Source of the DNA: Octopus sinensis
Lineage: Eukaryota
Direction: 5' to 3'
Assembly (NCBI RefSeq): GCF_006345805.1
Contig: NW_021824833.1
Location: 1-64,000 of the forward strand
Length of the DNA stretch: 64,000 bases
The notes beneath the pieces were generated by a model that was not told the origin of the DNA, did no database searches, and was given only the letters and a program-made list of their open reading frames with translations. Positions within the stretch are counted from its first letter, which is position 1. Every line of letters begins with the position of its first letter. A program made the translations under genes and the position numbers. Below are positions 14,781-27,145 of the stretch, in pieces.

Positions 14781-14939
14781 CATATATATATACATATATA
14801 TATATATATACATATATATATACATATATATATTACATATATATATATACATATATATATATACATATTATAATATATATATTATACTTAATATAGATAC
14901 ATATATATATATATATATATCTATACTATATATATATAG

Positions 14940-14971
<32 letters not shown>

Positions 14972-15002
14972 CAAATATATATCGAGAGGGAGAGAGAGAA
15001 AC

Positions 15003-15034
<32 letters not shown>

Positions 15035-15107
15035 CCATAGATAGACAGACAGACCGGCAGGCAGATTGATCGATAGATGGATAGATAGATAAATAGACAG
15101 ACAAACT

Positions 15108-15154
<47 letters not shown>

Positions 15155-15487
15155 GTATATGTGTGTGTGTAGAGAGAGAGAGCGAGAGACTGTGTGGGTA
15201 TGTGTTTAAGAGAATGGAGAGGAGGGAGGTGGAGAGGGAGGAGTCGGTAGAAACACCATTTTTACAAATATGTCAGCTCAATTGGAAAACTTCATCAAGA
15301 TGGCTTTTTGTGGGGTTTTGTTTTATCTTATTTCATTTGTTTTTGCATATTTTTTTCTAAGGACATAAAAAATAATATTGTTTTCCGCCATTTTAGTTCA
15401 ATGTGGAAATAATCTTTCTCTTCCGCTATATTTCTATTTCTCTATCTCTATCTAATTATACATCTCCCCCCCTCTCTCTCTCTCCAT

Positions 15488-15537
<50 letters not shown>

Positions 15538-15681
15538 ATAATATATATATATATATATATATATATAATACATACTACATATATACATGTATATATATAT
15601 ATTATACATACGAGTGTATGTGTGCTGTATGTGTGTGCATATATATATATATATACATCTATATACGTATGTGTGTACATG

Positions 15682-15712
<31 letters not shown>

Positions 15713-15840
15713 ACGTATATATATATATATAATGAATGTATACCTATGTATATACACACGTATATCTGTGTGTATGTATGTACGTGTATGTATATACATA
15801 CATACATATATATAGATACATATATATGTATATATATCTA

Positions 15841-15912
<72 letters not shown>

Positions 15913-16419
15913 CAGCGAGACAGAGGCAATGTATATCACTGTTGTAGCAACAAAACATCAGATTTAATCTGTTTATGTTATTATTTAAATCAATTTATTT
16001 TATTTATTTCACTCCGACTCCATGATTTTGTTTTTTCTTTTTTTTTCTTTCTGTTTTTATTTAAATATTTTTAAAAACTTTCTTCGCCAAAATTCTTTTG
16101 CTTCTTTTTGACATTCAGATTCCAAGTCCCATTGAGGTGGACTTAGTCATTTAATATTCCTAGGTTGATATAATAAAGTACTGGCGTAAAGTACCAAAAT
16201 TTCAGACCTTGTACCTGAAGCGCAGAAACGTTGGTGCGTCGGACAAACTGCATTGTGGTATTTTTTCCAGCTCTTTGTTTCCTGTGTTCAAATCCAGCCG
16301 AGATCAACTTCGTCTTTCATCGTTTCGGGATGCGTGAAATAACAGAAGCAGTCAAGCACTGGTTTTGATGTACTCGACTAACCTCCACTTCTAAATTGCG
16401 AACACACATTTTTATTATT

Positions 16420-16585
16420 TTTTTCTACTCTAGGCACAAGGACCGAAATTTGTGGGAAGGAGGGCCAGTCGATTAGATCGACGTCAGTACGCAACTGGTA
16501 CTTAATTTATCAACCCTGAAAGGATAAAAAGCAAAGTCGACCTCTGCGGAATTTGAACTCAGAACGTAAAGACAGACAAAATACC
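16420..16585 (-). mobile_element. 3' part of the Meta-domain-type SINE that served as the insertion target (its head is at 22313-22374)
   Basis: The head ggcgagctggcagaaacgttagcacgccgggcgaaatgcttagcggtatttcgtctgtc at 22374-22313 continues the consensus exactly with this segment. Confidence 0.85.
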
Positions 16586-16958
16586 TATTTCTATTTCTTT
16601 ACTACCCACAAGGGGCTAAGCACAGAGAGGACAAACAAGGATAGACAAACGGATTAAGTCGATTATATCGACCCCAGTTTGCAACTGGTACTTAATTTAT
16701 CAACCCCGAAAGGACGAAAAGCAAAGTCGACCTCGGCGGAATTTGAACTCAGAACGTAACGGCAGACGAAATACCTTTTTTTTACTACCCACAAGGGGCT
16801 AAACACAGAGAGGACAAACAAGAACAGACAGACGGATTAAGCCGATTATATCAACCCCAGTGCGTAACTGGTACTTATTTAATCCACCCTGAAAGGATGA
16901 CAGGCAAAGTCGACCTCCGCAGAATTTGATCTCAGAACTTAACGTCAAACGAAATACC
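16586..16958 (-). mobile_element. Two tandem headless SINE-B units (190 and 183 bp) with a Tx1-like 3' tail
   Basis: Each unit starts at GGTATTTCGT, carries the gtcgactttgcctttcatcctttcggggtcgataaa core, and ends tgtgtttagccccttgtgggtagtaaa(gaaat). Confidence 0.85.
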
Positions 16959-17307
16959 AATTTCTTTATTGCCCACCGGGGGCCAAACATAGATATGGAC
17001 AGTACAACTGATGGGATCAGTGAATCGATATGATTTTACATAAATGTGACATCAAAAATAAAATACAATACATAAAAATCGAATGGAATACACAGTACAA
17101 AAACAATACAAATGAAGCGATGATCAAGTTACGCTCCGATCCCACAAGCCCCGATCTACCGCTGATACCTTTTTATTTTTCCTTTTTTTTTTTTTTCCTC
17201 GTCTATTCACACGGTTCCTTGCACGCACAACACTCGTGCAACATACTTCCATCTCTTTTGGAACGTACACTCTGACAGACACCTCTTCTCCAGCCACAGT
17301 TTCCTTT

Positions 17308-20300
17308 TCAAATGAAAAGAAAAAAAGGATCGTAATTGTCACCAGAGATAAAGTTGCCTGTCTTAATTCCTTTTATCCTAGTATTCCATACAGCCTCTTT
17401 TGCTATTGCTACAACCGTGAGAAAACAATTCTTACCTTCGTTCGTTAGAACTCCCGGTGGGTCAATTTTTATAATTGACTCAGTCGACAGCCGTACTCTT
17501 CCTTCGCCGGACAACAGATGTTCAGCATAAGCCCACATTTCAGTTATCTCCGACACTGAACAATAGCGTGAGGGACGGTTTCCCTGTCCCCACCGCATCT
17601 TGGACAGGTCGGCGACTGACGTTTACCATGTCTTGCGAGCTTATCCCAAACGGGCAAGGCACCTCTGTAGCATTGCCAGGTTAAGGACTTTTGGAAGTTG
17701 TCCAACGTTCTCAACCCGAATGTACGATGAAACAAGCTGTCCAGTTGAATAAATCCGAGACCTAGAGTCGACCCCAGGCCATCGTCGCATTCAGACTCTA
17801 CCAACCACTATATAAAATCCGTGTGGAACCCCCACCGCTGGCGTTGCCCGAGCGCCGGAACAGCAAGAGGGCCTTACGGCACTCTTATGCCACTCACTCG
17901 ACCTCGGTCTACGAGAACACCAGGCTTCCTGTTCGCAAAAACTCTTGAACTCAGGGAACATTTGTCTGGCCAGCGGAGACCACACCCGTTCACTATCCAG
18001 GAGAATCCAGAGGTGCCTCAACCTCAACGCATGTCTGCGCATCATTAACCAAGGCATCCCTAAACCTCCATTTAAAGGCTTTTGACAGCAGACAGAGCGT
18101 TTCACAAGTGGCGACCTGCCCTTCCACAAAAAGCGAAAGAGCTGTCTCTCCAACCTGATCAACCACGAATCCGGACAGGGCACGACAGTCAGGCGGTAGG
18201 TAATGACCGATGCGATAAACACATTGGCCACTTCCGCCCTCCCTTTCAGGGATAGCCACCGCCAAGACCAAGTCTTGACTACTGCAGCCACCCTGCTCAA
18301 TACCTCCGTCCAGTTCTTCTCTATCTGGAGGCCTGGTCCAAACCAGACTCCCAGCAACTTAACCGGTCCCTCCGTCCAGCGCCTAACAACACTGTCTGAA
18401 GGCATCGACTTGCCAACCCAGGTGCCGAGCTGCAAGCCGACCGACTTTTCCCGGTTAATCTTTGCTCCTGCTACCTCCTCGTAAGCCTCAATAGTCTTAC
18501 CTACTTCACGTAGGCGTACCACTGTGGTTACACTGATAGTGATATCATCCGCGAAAGCCGTAACAAACTCCTCTAGTCCTGGTTCTCTCGGGATGCCACT
18601 CAACCTTTGCAGTAATGGCTCGAGAGCCATCACATACAAAAGTGGTGAAAGCGGACATCCTTGACGAACCGAGCGTCTGATGCAGAACGGCTTCGAAAGG
18701 AAACCGTTCACCCGAACTATCGAGTCAATGTTGTGGTACAAAGCGATAAACCACCTGAGGAAGCCAAGGCCCAGGCCAAACCGCGCAAGTACAGTCGCTA
18801 GGTATCGATGGTCAACCCTATCAAAAGCTTTAGACTGGTCCAAATGCACCAATGCCCCACCTTTGCCAGATTTATTACCAAACCTCTCTATGGTATAGCG
18901 AATAAGATGGAGGGTATCCTGAATGGTTCTGCCTGGGATGGCACATGTCTGTGCCTCCCCGACTATACCATTCGCGACACGCGCCAACCTTTTTGCTAGA
19001 ACCTTGGCCAAAATCTTCACTTCTGCGTTTAACAGAGTGATGGGCCTGAAATTCTCTAGAACGTCCCCCTTGTCCGGGTCCTTTCTGACCAACGTCACTA
19101 CTCCCCGGCGCACAGATCTGGGGATAAACCCATTCTGTTTCCAGTTCGCGTACACGTCAGTCAGTAGTTGCCCGAACAAGTCTGGCATACATTTATACAG
19201 CTCGTACGGAAGACCATCAAGTCCCGGTGACTTACCCGCTTTACAATCGGCCAAAGCCTCCATCACCTCCTCAAGTGTGATTGGCCCTTCGCAAGACTCC
19301 GCATCCGACCCCGAGAGGCACGGCAGCCCGGTAAGAAAGTCCTCGAGGGCTCTCCCACCACCAGGACCGCCGTCACCCCCGAACAGCTGGGCGAAGTACT
19401 CCCGAAAGACCTCACACATTTTCTCGGGTTCGTTTATCAAGACACCATTTTGATTCGTCAAAGACCGAATAGAGGAACTATTTCCTTGCCGAGCTTCCAC
19501 CACTCGGGCCCATCCAGCGGCTTTGATTCCTTCACTTCCCATTGCACGTAACTTAGCTCTGGTAATACTTCCCATGTGGTGGGCTTCAAGATGCTGGTTT
19601 AACTCCAGTCTTTTCACCCTCGCTTGGTCTGTATTACCAGTCCTCCAGGCTTCTTCTAGTTCCTTAACTAGACCATCTCCTATTTTACGTCCCTTCTTAG
19701 CTAAACTTATGCTAAACCTAATAGACTCATATTTGATGGCTCTTTTTAGGGCGTACCACCATTTGTTATTAATGATGGTACCTGTTAATGCCCTCTGTAT
19801 TAACATCTTGATCCGCTTTCTGTACTCCTCAATCGCCAAAAGGGACGTATTGAGTTTCCAGTAGCCAGATCCCTGTCTATGCAACTTATCTACCGTCAGT
19901 TTACAGGTAACCATCTTGTGGTCACTGTAGCTGACTAGAAAAAACTGTGGACACTCAACTATGGACTTATCTTTTTCTCTAATTAAAATCCTATCTAGAT
20001 ATGTTCTGGTAGACCCGTCACTATTTGACCACGTCCACTGTGGAGTGTTCGGGTGCTCCAACCTATATGGATCTGCTAGCTGAAATTGACTTAGCAGATC
20101 CCGAAAGCCTGTGTTACATTTTCTGTTCATGTTCGAGTTTGAGCCAACACAATCTGTGTGTGCTGCACATATTGTATTAGAGTCTCCTAACACTACTAGT
20201 GAATGCGACGTGGCTAGGAACTTTCCTAGGCCACGAAAATATTCAGTTTGCGGGCCAATAATGTTTGGTGCATAAATAGCGACCAGCCTGATTGTCTTGC

Positions 20301-20607
20301 CACAACTGAATGTCAAGTCGAGAACGACCAGCCTGCCTTCTGGGTCAGAAAAAACCAACTTTTTCTCGGCTACCCGGTTTCTTTTTAGTAGGACCAACAC
20401 CCCACCCCCACCTCCCGCCCGACTCGGAGAAACGTATTTCTCGTAGCCGTTCAGGAGGGGGAGCAGATCTCTTGGCCCCTTCACCCGGGTTTCCGTTGCA
20501 ACAATTACATCCAAATTTCTCGACCTGATGTCATTCAGAAAGCGTCCTTGCTTCCAGCTTGACAACAGGCCATGAACATTTAAACAACCAATGTGAATAG
20601 CCATCAC
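17308..20607 (-). CDS. Tx1 ORF2 (endonuclease + reverse transcriptase), 938-aa open frame with frameshifted C-terminal segments
   Basis: EN motifs CLNVHGL, ATETR, AIYAPN, LGDSN, YLDRIL, YSDH. RT motifs KSPGLDG, FRPITLLN, LDQSKAFD, RQGCPLSP, FADD. The C-terminal CPRC..ETVPHAIVQC sits in a shifted frame (17544-17804). Confidence 0.93.
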
Positions 20608-20975
20608 TTACCTGTTTAATTAGGATTGTCCGGTGGAGGGGGACCCTCCACCTTTTTTTTATCCAGGGTCGGAGGTGGACGGTCTTGGGAAATAGATTTG
20701 TCAAAATCCCGTTCTCACCACCGACACAGAATTATCAGGTGGAGGGGGAATCTCCACCTTTTCCTTTTCTCGCGGGATCGGAGCTGGTAATCCATGAAAT
20801 ATCGACTTGTTAAAATCTAATCTCAATGAAGATACAGTCTTTCTGTACTTATTTTGTAGAATTCTATAAGTCTTATTTGAGACTTCATATATGTCGTAAT
20901 TGATAAATTCCTCTGAAAGGTTATCAATTTTTTTTAGTCTTTATGAGTTGAATGTCTCTCATGAGCTCAGTATCT

Positions 20976-22174
20976 TTAGTGTATACGGCTATTATGCCTT
21001 TTTCTTCTTTTCTCTCTTCTGGCAGTCTTTTTTGGTCGTTGTTCTGTAGTAGTCGCCGCTCTCGGCTGGGTTGCTGGTTGTATTTTTCTTTTGTTTGTTG
21101 TTTTTTTCTCATCTGTTTCTTCTTTATCTTCTTCCTCTTTGTCTTTTTTCTCCTCTTCCTCCTCTTCTTCATTTTCCTTGCAGTTCCTTCGAATGTGGCC
21201 TAATTGACCACATAAAAAACATCGAGGTTTTCGGCCCTCAACAAACACCACGAGGTTCTCCTCCCCTACCTCAATTGTCTCAGGAATTGTTTGAATTATT
21301 TTAGGGTCCGCTTGAATGAGAAGATTAATTGTTTTACCATCCCAGCGTGGGTTTTCCGTAGCGGTAGCCTGGAGGAGAGTAATTTTTTCTACCTCTTGAT
21401 TATTAGGACTGCCGCCAACAACCACATAGGTTCGACCTCTGGCGGGACCCTTGTAATTTTTATTCGCGACGTCCTCATCCCCATATAATAGGGTATTAAC
21501 TCCACGTCGTTCGTTTTCAACGTTTCCACTGAGTTCTTGTGTGCTATTTCTTTATTGGTGAACCTTACTTCCACCGTTCCGAATTTTTTTCCTCTTCTCA
21601 GAAATTCTACGTCGCCCAATATTGGCTTTAAGCACTTTTCTATTTTCTCTTCTGACATTCTTTCAATTTTTCTATTTTGTAGACAATATGTTTTGAAAAT
21701 TATTGTTTTTTGCTTTTCTTCCTGTAATAACTTTTGCGGAGGTTCAATTTTCACACTGTTGTCATTTATTTCCATCATTTTGCTGTATTTCATAATTTCG
21801 CTTTTATTCGTCGACAGTATCTGGGTTCCACCCCCAGCAGCCAACGCAAAACTTTTTTTTCCATTTTTTGGTTCTATCTGGATGCTAGGCACATCAATTA
21901 TTCTCTTCGACACAATGCCTTTGTTCTCTGGCAAAGTCGGAAACTCTTCTGGTGAAAGTTCTGACGAGCTCTCAGACACATCTCCAAAAATATCAAATAT
22001 ATTATCCTCTCTGCTATTCCTTCTTGTAGCGGGGGAAACCCCTATTTCCTTGTCTGTAGTTGGCTCCTCGCCGGACATGTATTTCCTCCTCTCAACAGGA
22101 GAAACAAGTATTTCTGCTCCAACGGTAGGCTCCATGCTAGACGACATTCTTCCCCCCAAAGGGGGAATGAACAA
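20976..22174 (-). CDS. Tx1 ORF1 (RRM-like region + gag-type zinc knuckle), split by a frameshift near 21410
   Basis: Two overlapping frames (21389-22174, 20976-21425); CFLCGQLGHIRRNC CCHC knuckle followed by a charged tail; lies directly upstream of ORF2. Confidence 0.85.
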
Positions 22175-22376
22175 CGCGTGCTACCACAAGCACTAAGTGT
22201 TTTCAATTGAAAACTCCAACAGTTAAGTTATTCAACAGTTTAACAAGAAACAACAGTTGTTAACAATATTAACACCACGAAACAGCAATTCTTACTTCAC
22301 GAACACATGTGCGACAGACGAAATACCGCTAAGCATTTCGCCCGGCGTGCTAACGTTTCTGCCAGCTCGCCGCCTT

Positions 22377-23050
22377 TCTAATATTCTTTTCTACTCGTGG
22401 CACAAAGTCCGAAATTTTGGGGGAGGGGGCCAGTCTATTAGATCGACCCCAGTACGCAACTGAAAGGATAAAAATCAAAGTCGACCTCGGCGGAATTTGA
22501 ACTCAGAACATAAAGACAGGCAAAATACCGCTAAGCATTTTACTCGCCGTGCTAACGATGCCAGCTCGCCGTGTTACACATTTTATTATTAACGTATTCC
22601 AAAGGCGGCGATCTGGCAAAATCGTTAGCACAGCGGGTGAAATGCTTTGCGCTATTTCGTCTGTCTTTACGTTCTGAGTTCAAATTCCGGCGAGGTCGAC
22701 TTTGCCTTTCATCCTTTCAGGGTCGATAAATTAAGTACCAGTAAAAAAAACTGGGGTCAATGTAATCGACTAGTCCCCTCCCCACAAATTTCAGGCCTTG
22801 TGCCTTTAATAGAAAGGATTATTATAACGAGCTGGCAGAGTCGTTAGAGCGCTGGACAGCGCTGGACGAAACAATTAGCGGTATTTCGCCCGTCGCTACG
22901 TTCTGAGTTCAAATTCCGCTGAGGTCAACTTTGCCTTTCATCCTTTCGGGGTCTATAAAATAAGTACTAGTTGCACAGTAGGGTCGATTAATCGACTCAT
23001 CCCCTCCCCTGAAATTGCTGCTCTTGCGGCAAAATTCGAGACTATTATTA
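22377..23050. mobile_element. Cluster of three Meta-domain-type SINE-A copies (22377-22572 minus; 22600-22818 plus; 22829-23050 plus)
   Basis: Repeated head ggcgagctggcag, B-box-like gttcaaattcc, core gtcgactttgcctttcatcctttc and an (att)n tail. The core resembles the Meta/Sauria SINE domain. Confidence 0.85.
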
Positions 23051-23054
23051 TTGT

Positions 23055-24350
23055 TGTTGCTACTGCTGCTGTCGTTGATATGTTTTCCTTCGTTTACAAT
23101 CTTGCTTTACCATTTTGTCCATTTTGGTACTTCTGCATCTCCTTCTACAATCTTTTTGTTCTGTCAGTAATATATCGTTCTCATTAAGAAATTTGTACAG
23201 TTCTTCTGCAATTCCTCCTGACAGTAACTTCCACATTAATGAGCGGCAAGAAATTGGCCTGTAATTGTCGGCAGCCTTTCCTTCAGATACGACACCGTTC
23301 GTCCTTTTGTCAATCAACCCAGGGTTTCTTCTCTATCGATCAGTGCATTAAATTGCTCTGCGATCAATTTATGGCACCTACTAAACTTTTATTCTTTTAT
23401 CCAAAATCCCTGTATACCATCAGGTCCTGCTGCTTTCCAATTGCTTATCTTTTTACTCATATTTCTGATATTCTCTTTTGTGAAATGGATAGCCTCTTGC
23501 TGGGAATAAGAAGCCGTTTGATTCAGGCTGCAGAAACCATTCAGCTGCAGTATTATGTTGTTCTTGCTTACTCCATATCTTACTCCAAAACTATTGACTT
23601 TCATCAGCATTAGGAACAAATCTTTTACATTCTATATCATCTTTAATTTCTTGATGACACCTTTTCTAGTCGATTCTAAACAATTGGCTTTGTCGGTATT
23701 GTTTAATACGTTGTTCAAACCCAGTTAGCTTTGCTTTTTTGGCAAGTATGCGCTGCTTCAGTTCTTCCACTATAACAATCAGACTTTTTGTATCTATACC
23801 ATACTTCTTCAATTTTTCAAACTTGCATTCATTCATCAATTTTCCATTTCTTTTCTTGATAAGTATTGACACTACACTGCTCAAGGAGTTTATATCTTCT
23901 GATATTCTCCTTTTCCACCATGTTTGTTTATTTCCTCTCCTATCCTTCGATGTTCTGTTCTCAATAGTTCCCAATCCCATCCTTTCTGCCACAATCCTAT
24001 TTGCAGCCTTAATGAGTTTATTTGTTTGTGTGATGTTCTTTGTTTTCACGTGTCTCAATACATTATAGACTCTACTTGTCTCTTGATTTAGTCGCCATTG
24101 GTTAGCACATACAGTCGCACATAAATTCTGTCTTTTCTGCATTTAATAGATCCAAAATCTTAGTCATTGTTTGGTCTTCATTGTTTAAATAGTCACTGAT
24201 CTCGATTCTTTCACGATTCACGATAATATATTCTTGCGAACGACTGTCCCTCCCTCCCACTATAACACTTTCGTTTCTCGTATGCCCAGTATCAACTGAT
24301 ATCCTTCTTTTAATAGTTTCTAGCTTCAATTCTGTTAACCATCCGTTCTT
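23055..24350 (-). mobile_element. Degenerate R4/Dong-clade fragment (N-terminal region and RT domains 0-2)
   Basis: WWKRRI, KQRILAKKAKL...QYRQSQLF, NWKAAGPDGIQGFWIK, NYRPISC..MWKLLSG..EQK; multiple frameshifts. Confidence 0.8.
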
Positions 24351-24362
24351 TCGTATTGCTCA

Positions 24363-24556
24363 TGGCGGCAAACTAGCAGAGTCGTAAGCACGCCGGACAA
24401 CGCATATTTCTTCCGGCTTTACGTTCTGAGTTAAAATTTCGCCGAGGTGACTTTGTCTTTCATCCTTTCGGGGTCGATAAAATAACCAGCTTAGCAATGG
24501 GGTCAATGTAATCGACTAGTCCCAAAGTTTCAGGCCCTGTGCTTCTAGTAGAAAGG
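24363..24556 (+). mobile_element. SINE-A copy
   Basis: Same head, core and tail as the other SINE-A copies. Confidence 0.8.
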
Positions 24557-24937
24557 TTTATTAATACAGTTATTTTTAGGACGGCAACGCCCGGTCTTGT
24601 ATGAATGTATGAATAAACCTTTGATGAGATACCGTATATTGAAACAGATGTTGCTGTATTTTTGAGACATTCGATATTTGTTTACAGATACACACGTTAC
24701 AGGAACGCAGTCCCCACTGTCGCCCTTTTTTGTTGATTTGTCAACGTCTTTCATCCGACATATCTCTCATCATCAACGTGTCGTCTGTTCCTACTCACCG
24801 AGAACTTATTGACAATGTTTCATTCTCAGAATAGACATTTTGACAAGTCATTCAATTCACGAAGGGAAAAGCAGCCATTATTGATAGAAAAATATTCATA
24901 AATGACAACTGTGTGGGGGTGGTCAGTGTGCGTATAT

Positions 24938-25014
<77 letters not shown>

Positions 25015-25096
25015 TGTGTGTATAGAGAGATATATATATTAGATAGAGGAATAGATATATGTATGTTTATATATATATATATATATGTATGTTATA

Positions 25097-25138
<42 letters not shown>

Positions 25139-25163
25139 TATATATATGTGTGTGTGTGTATAC

Positions 25164-25220
<57 letters not shown>

Positions 25221-25326
25221 TATATGTGTGTGTGTGTATACATATATATATATATATAGACAGATAGGTAGATATATATATATACATACATGCATACGTA
25301 CATATATACCTACACACACACACATA

Positions 25327-25394
<68 letters not shown>

Positions 25395-25812
25395 GTTTTA
25401 GCAATTTTGTGGATACTGTAGCATTTTCTTTCACCTCTCCCCTCATTACTGATTTCAAATATTTTTCGCCACTTTTGTCGGAATTCTAGTTCAAATTTGT
25501 TCCTCCCTGTTTAACAAACGTAAACCTAGAAACCATTCTTCTAACTCCAGCTCGCTTTTCTTACACACTTGCATGCACATTTCTAACACCTTCCACCTTG
25601 CACTTACGTGCATCATCACACACTCACACATGCCGCCCACCCCTTTCTCACCTGCACTCTTTCACACTACGCACTCACCCCGTTTATACCCAGTTACAGA
25701 TGCACTCTCATACGTGCATCTACACACCCATCCCGTCTATCCGTATTAACTGTTCCCATATGACTGCATTCCTGCCTGTCCAATTTCATCTTTTTGTTTG
25801 CCCTCTGCATCT

Positions 25813-25849
<37 letters not shown>

Positions 25850-26089
25850 ATATTTAATTCTTATGCTTTCCTTAAAACTTGATTTCGAAACGTACGTCCG
25901 TGGATAACTAAAAAAATGTATGATAGATTGCAGTCAATTCATTCTCTCTTACCTGTTTGTGTCTGCCTTCCAAATGCTGTTTTTACTGAGATCTCCCTTT
26001 TTAGTAGAAGAAATAGCTATAACCCTTTGACTGCTATTTCTAAATTCGGTATGTGGTAAGGCAACTCGTTGCTAAACCCTTATTGCTTA

Positions 26090-26140
<51 letters not shown>

Positions 26141-26878
26141 CATAAACATATACATATGTATGTATGTATGTATGTATGAATGTATGAGTGTATGTATGTA
26201 TGCATGTATGTATGTATGTATGTATGTATGTATGTATGTATGTATGTATGTATGAATGTATCTATGCATACATACCACCTAGATCTGCACCCGCGGTCGG
26301 CTTCACACACACACACATTTTTTATCTTTTACATATGCATGTATGTATGTATGGATGGATGGGTGGATGGATGGATGAACGGATGGATGGTTGTGTGCAT
26401 GTATGTATGTATGTATGTATGTATGTATGTATTGTATGTATGTATGCCTGCATGTATGTATATATGTATGTATGTGTGCATGTATACATATCTCTCGAAG
26501 TTCCTAAAAATATAAAGAATTCTGTAAACAACACATATCTACATACGTACATACACAAACACACACGCGCGTGCACTCACACACACACACACACACACAC
26601 CACACACACACACACACATACACACGCATACATACATAATACATGCAGATAGATACGCTATTTTATTTGAGTTTGCCCTCCAAATACATAAGTTTTTATA
26701 CTTTTATTTCTTGGTTTTGAGACTTCGGCTATGCTGTAGCTCTGTTTCTTCCCTTTCTAAACATTGCGATATATGTAAATAACAAAACTACATATATTCA
26801 ATGAAACTCTGTTATCCATTTTGTTTGTTCTTTCTCATATGCATATATATATACATCCATACATCCATACATACATAC

Positions 26879-26931
<53 letters not shown>

Positions 26932-27145
26932 ATGTATGATAAATCGTTTGCCATTACACACATTTTTTTCTCTCCTTGTTTTTTCTGTGTCCTTTTCTGT
27001 AGAAGAGCGTACGTAGGCTCGAAACGTAAAATACTTTTTCTATTCTTGAGCGTTATACTAATACATCGGTTTGTTTTGTACACCAACAGTCTTCGTCTTT
27101 TGTTTTTTGTTTTTTCGTAAACTCTCCCTATATATATAACGACAC

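Larger units (their letters stand above)
16959..22312 (-). mobile_element. Full-length Tx1-clade (L1 group) non-LTR retrotransposon, 5.35 kb, with frameshifts
   Basis: 5' UTR, ORF1 with zinc knuckle, ORF2 with APE endonuclease, RT and CCHC motif, then a 3' UTR ending AATAAAGAAATT. A 15-bp target duplication gacagacgaaatacc (22313-22327) matches gacagacaaaatacc (16571-16585). Confidence 0.93.

Noticed and set aside
16420-16958. Tandem repeats with regular spacing resembling a CRISPR-like array
   Set aside because: The units are about 185-bp SINE bodies without unique spacers, the context is eukaryotic, and there are no cas genes.
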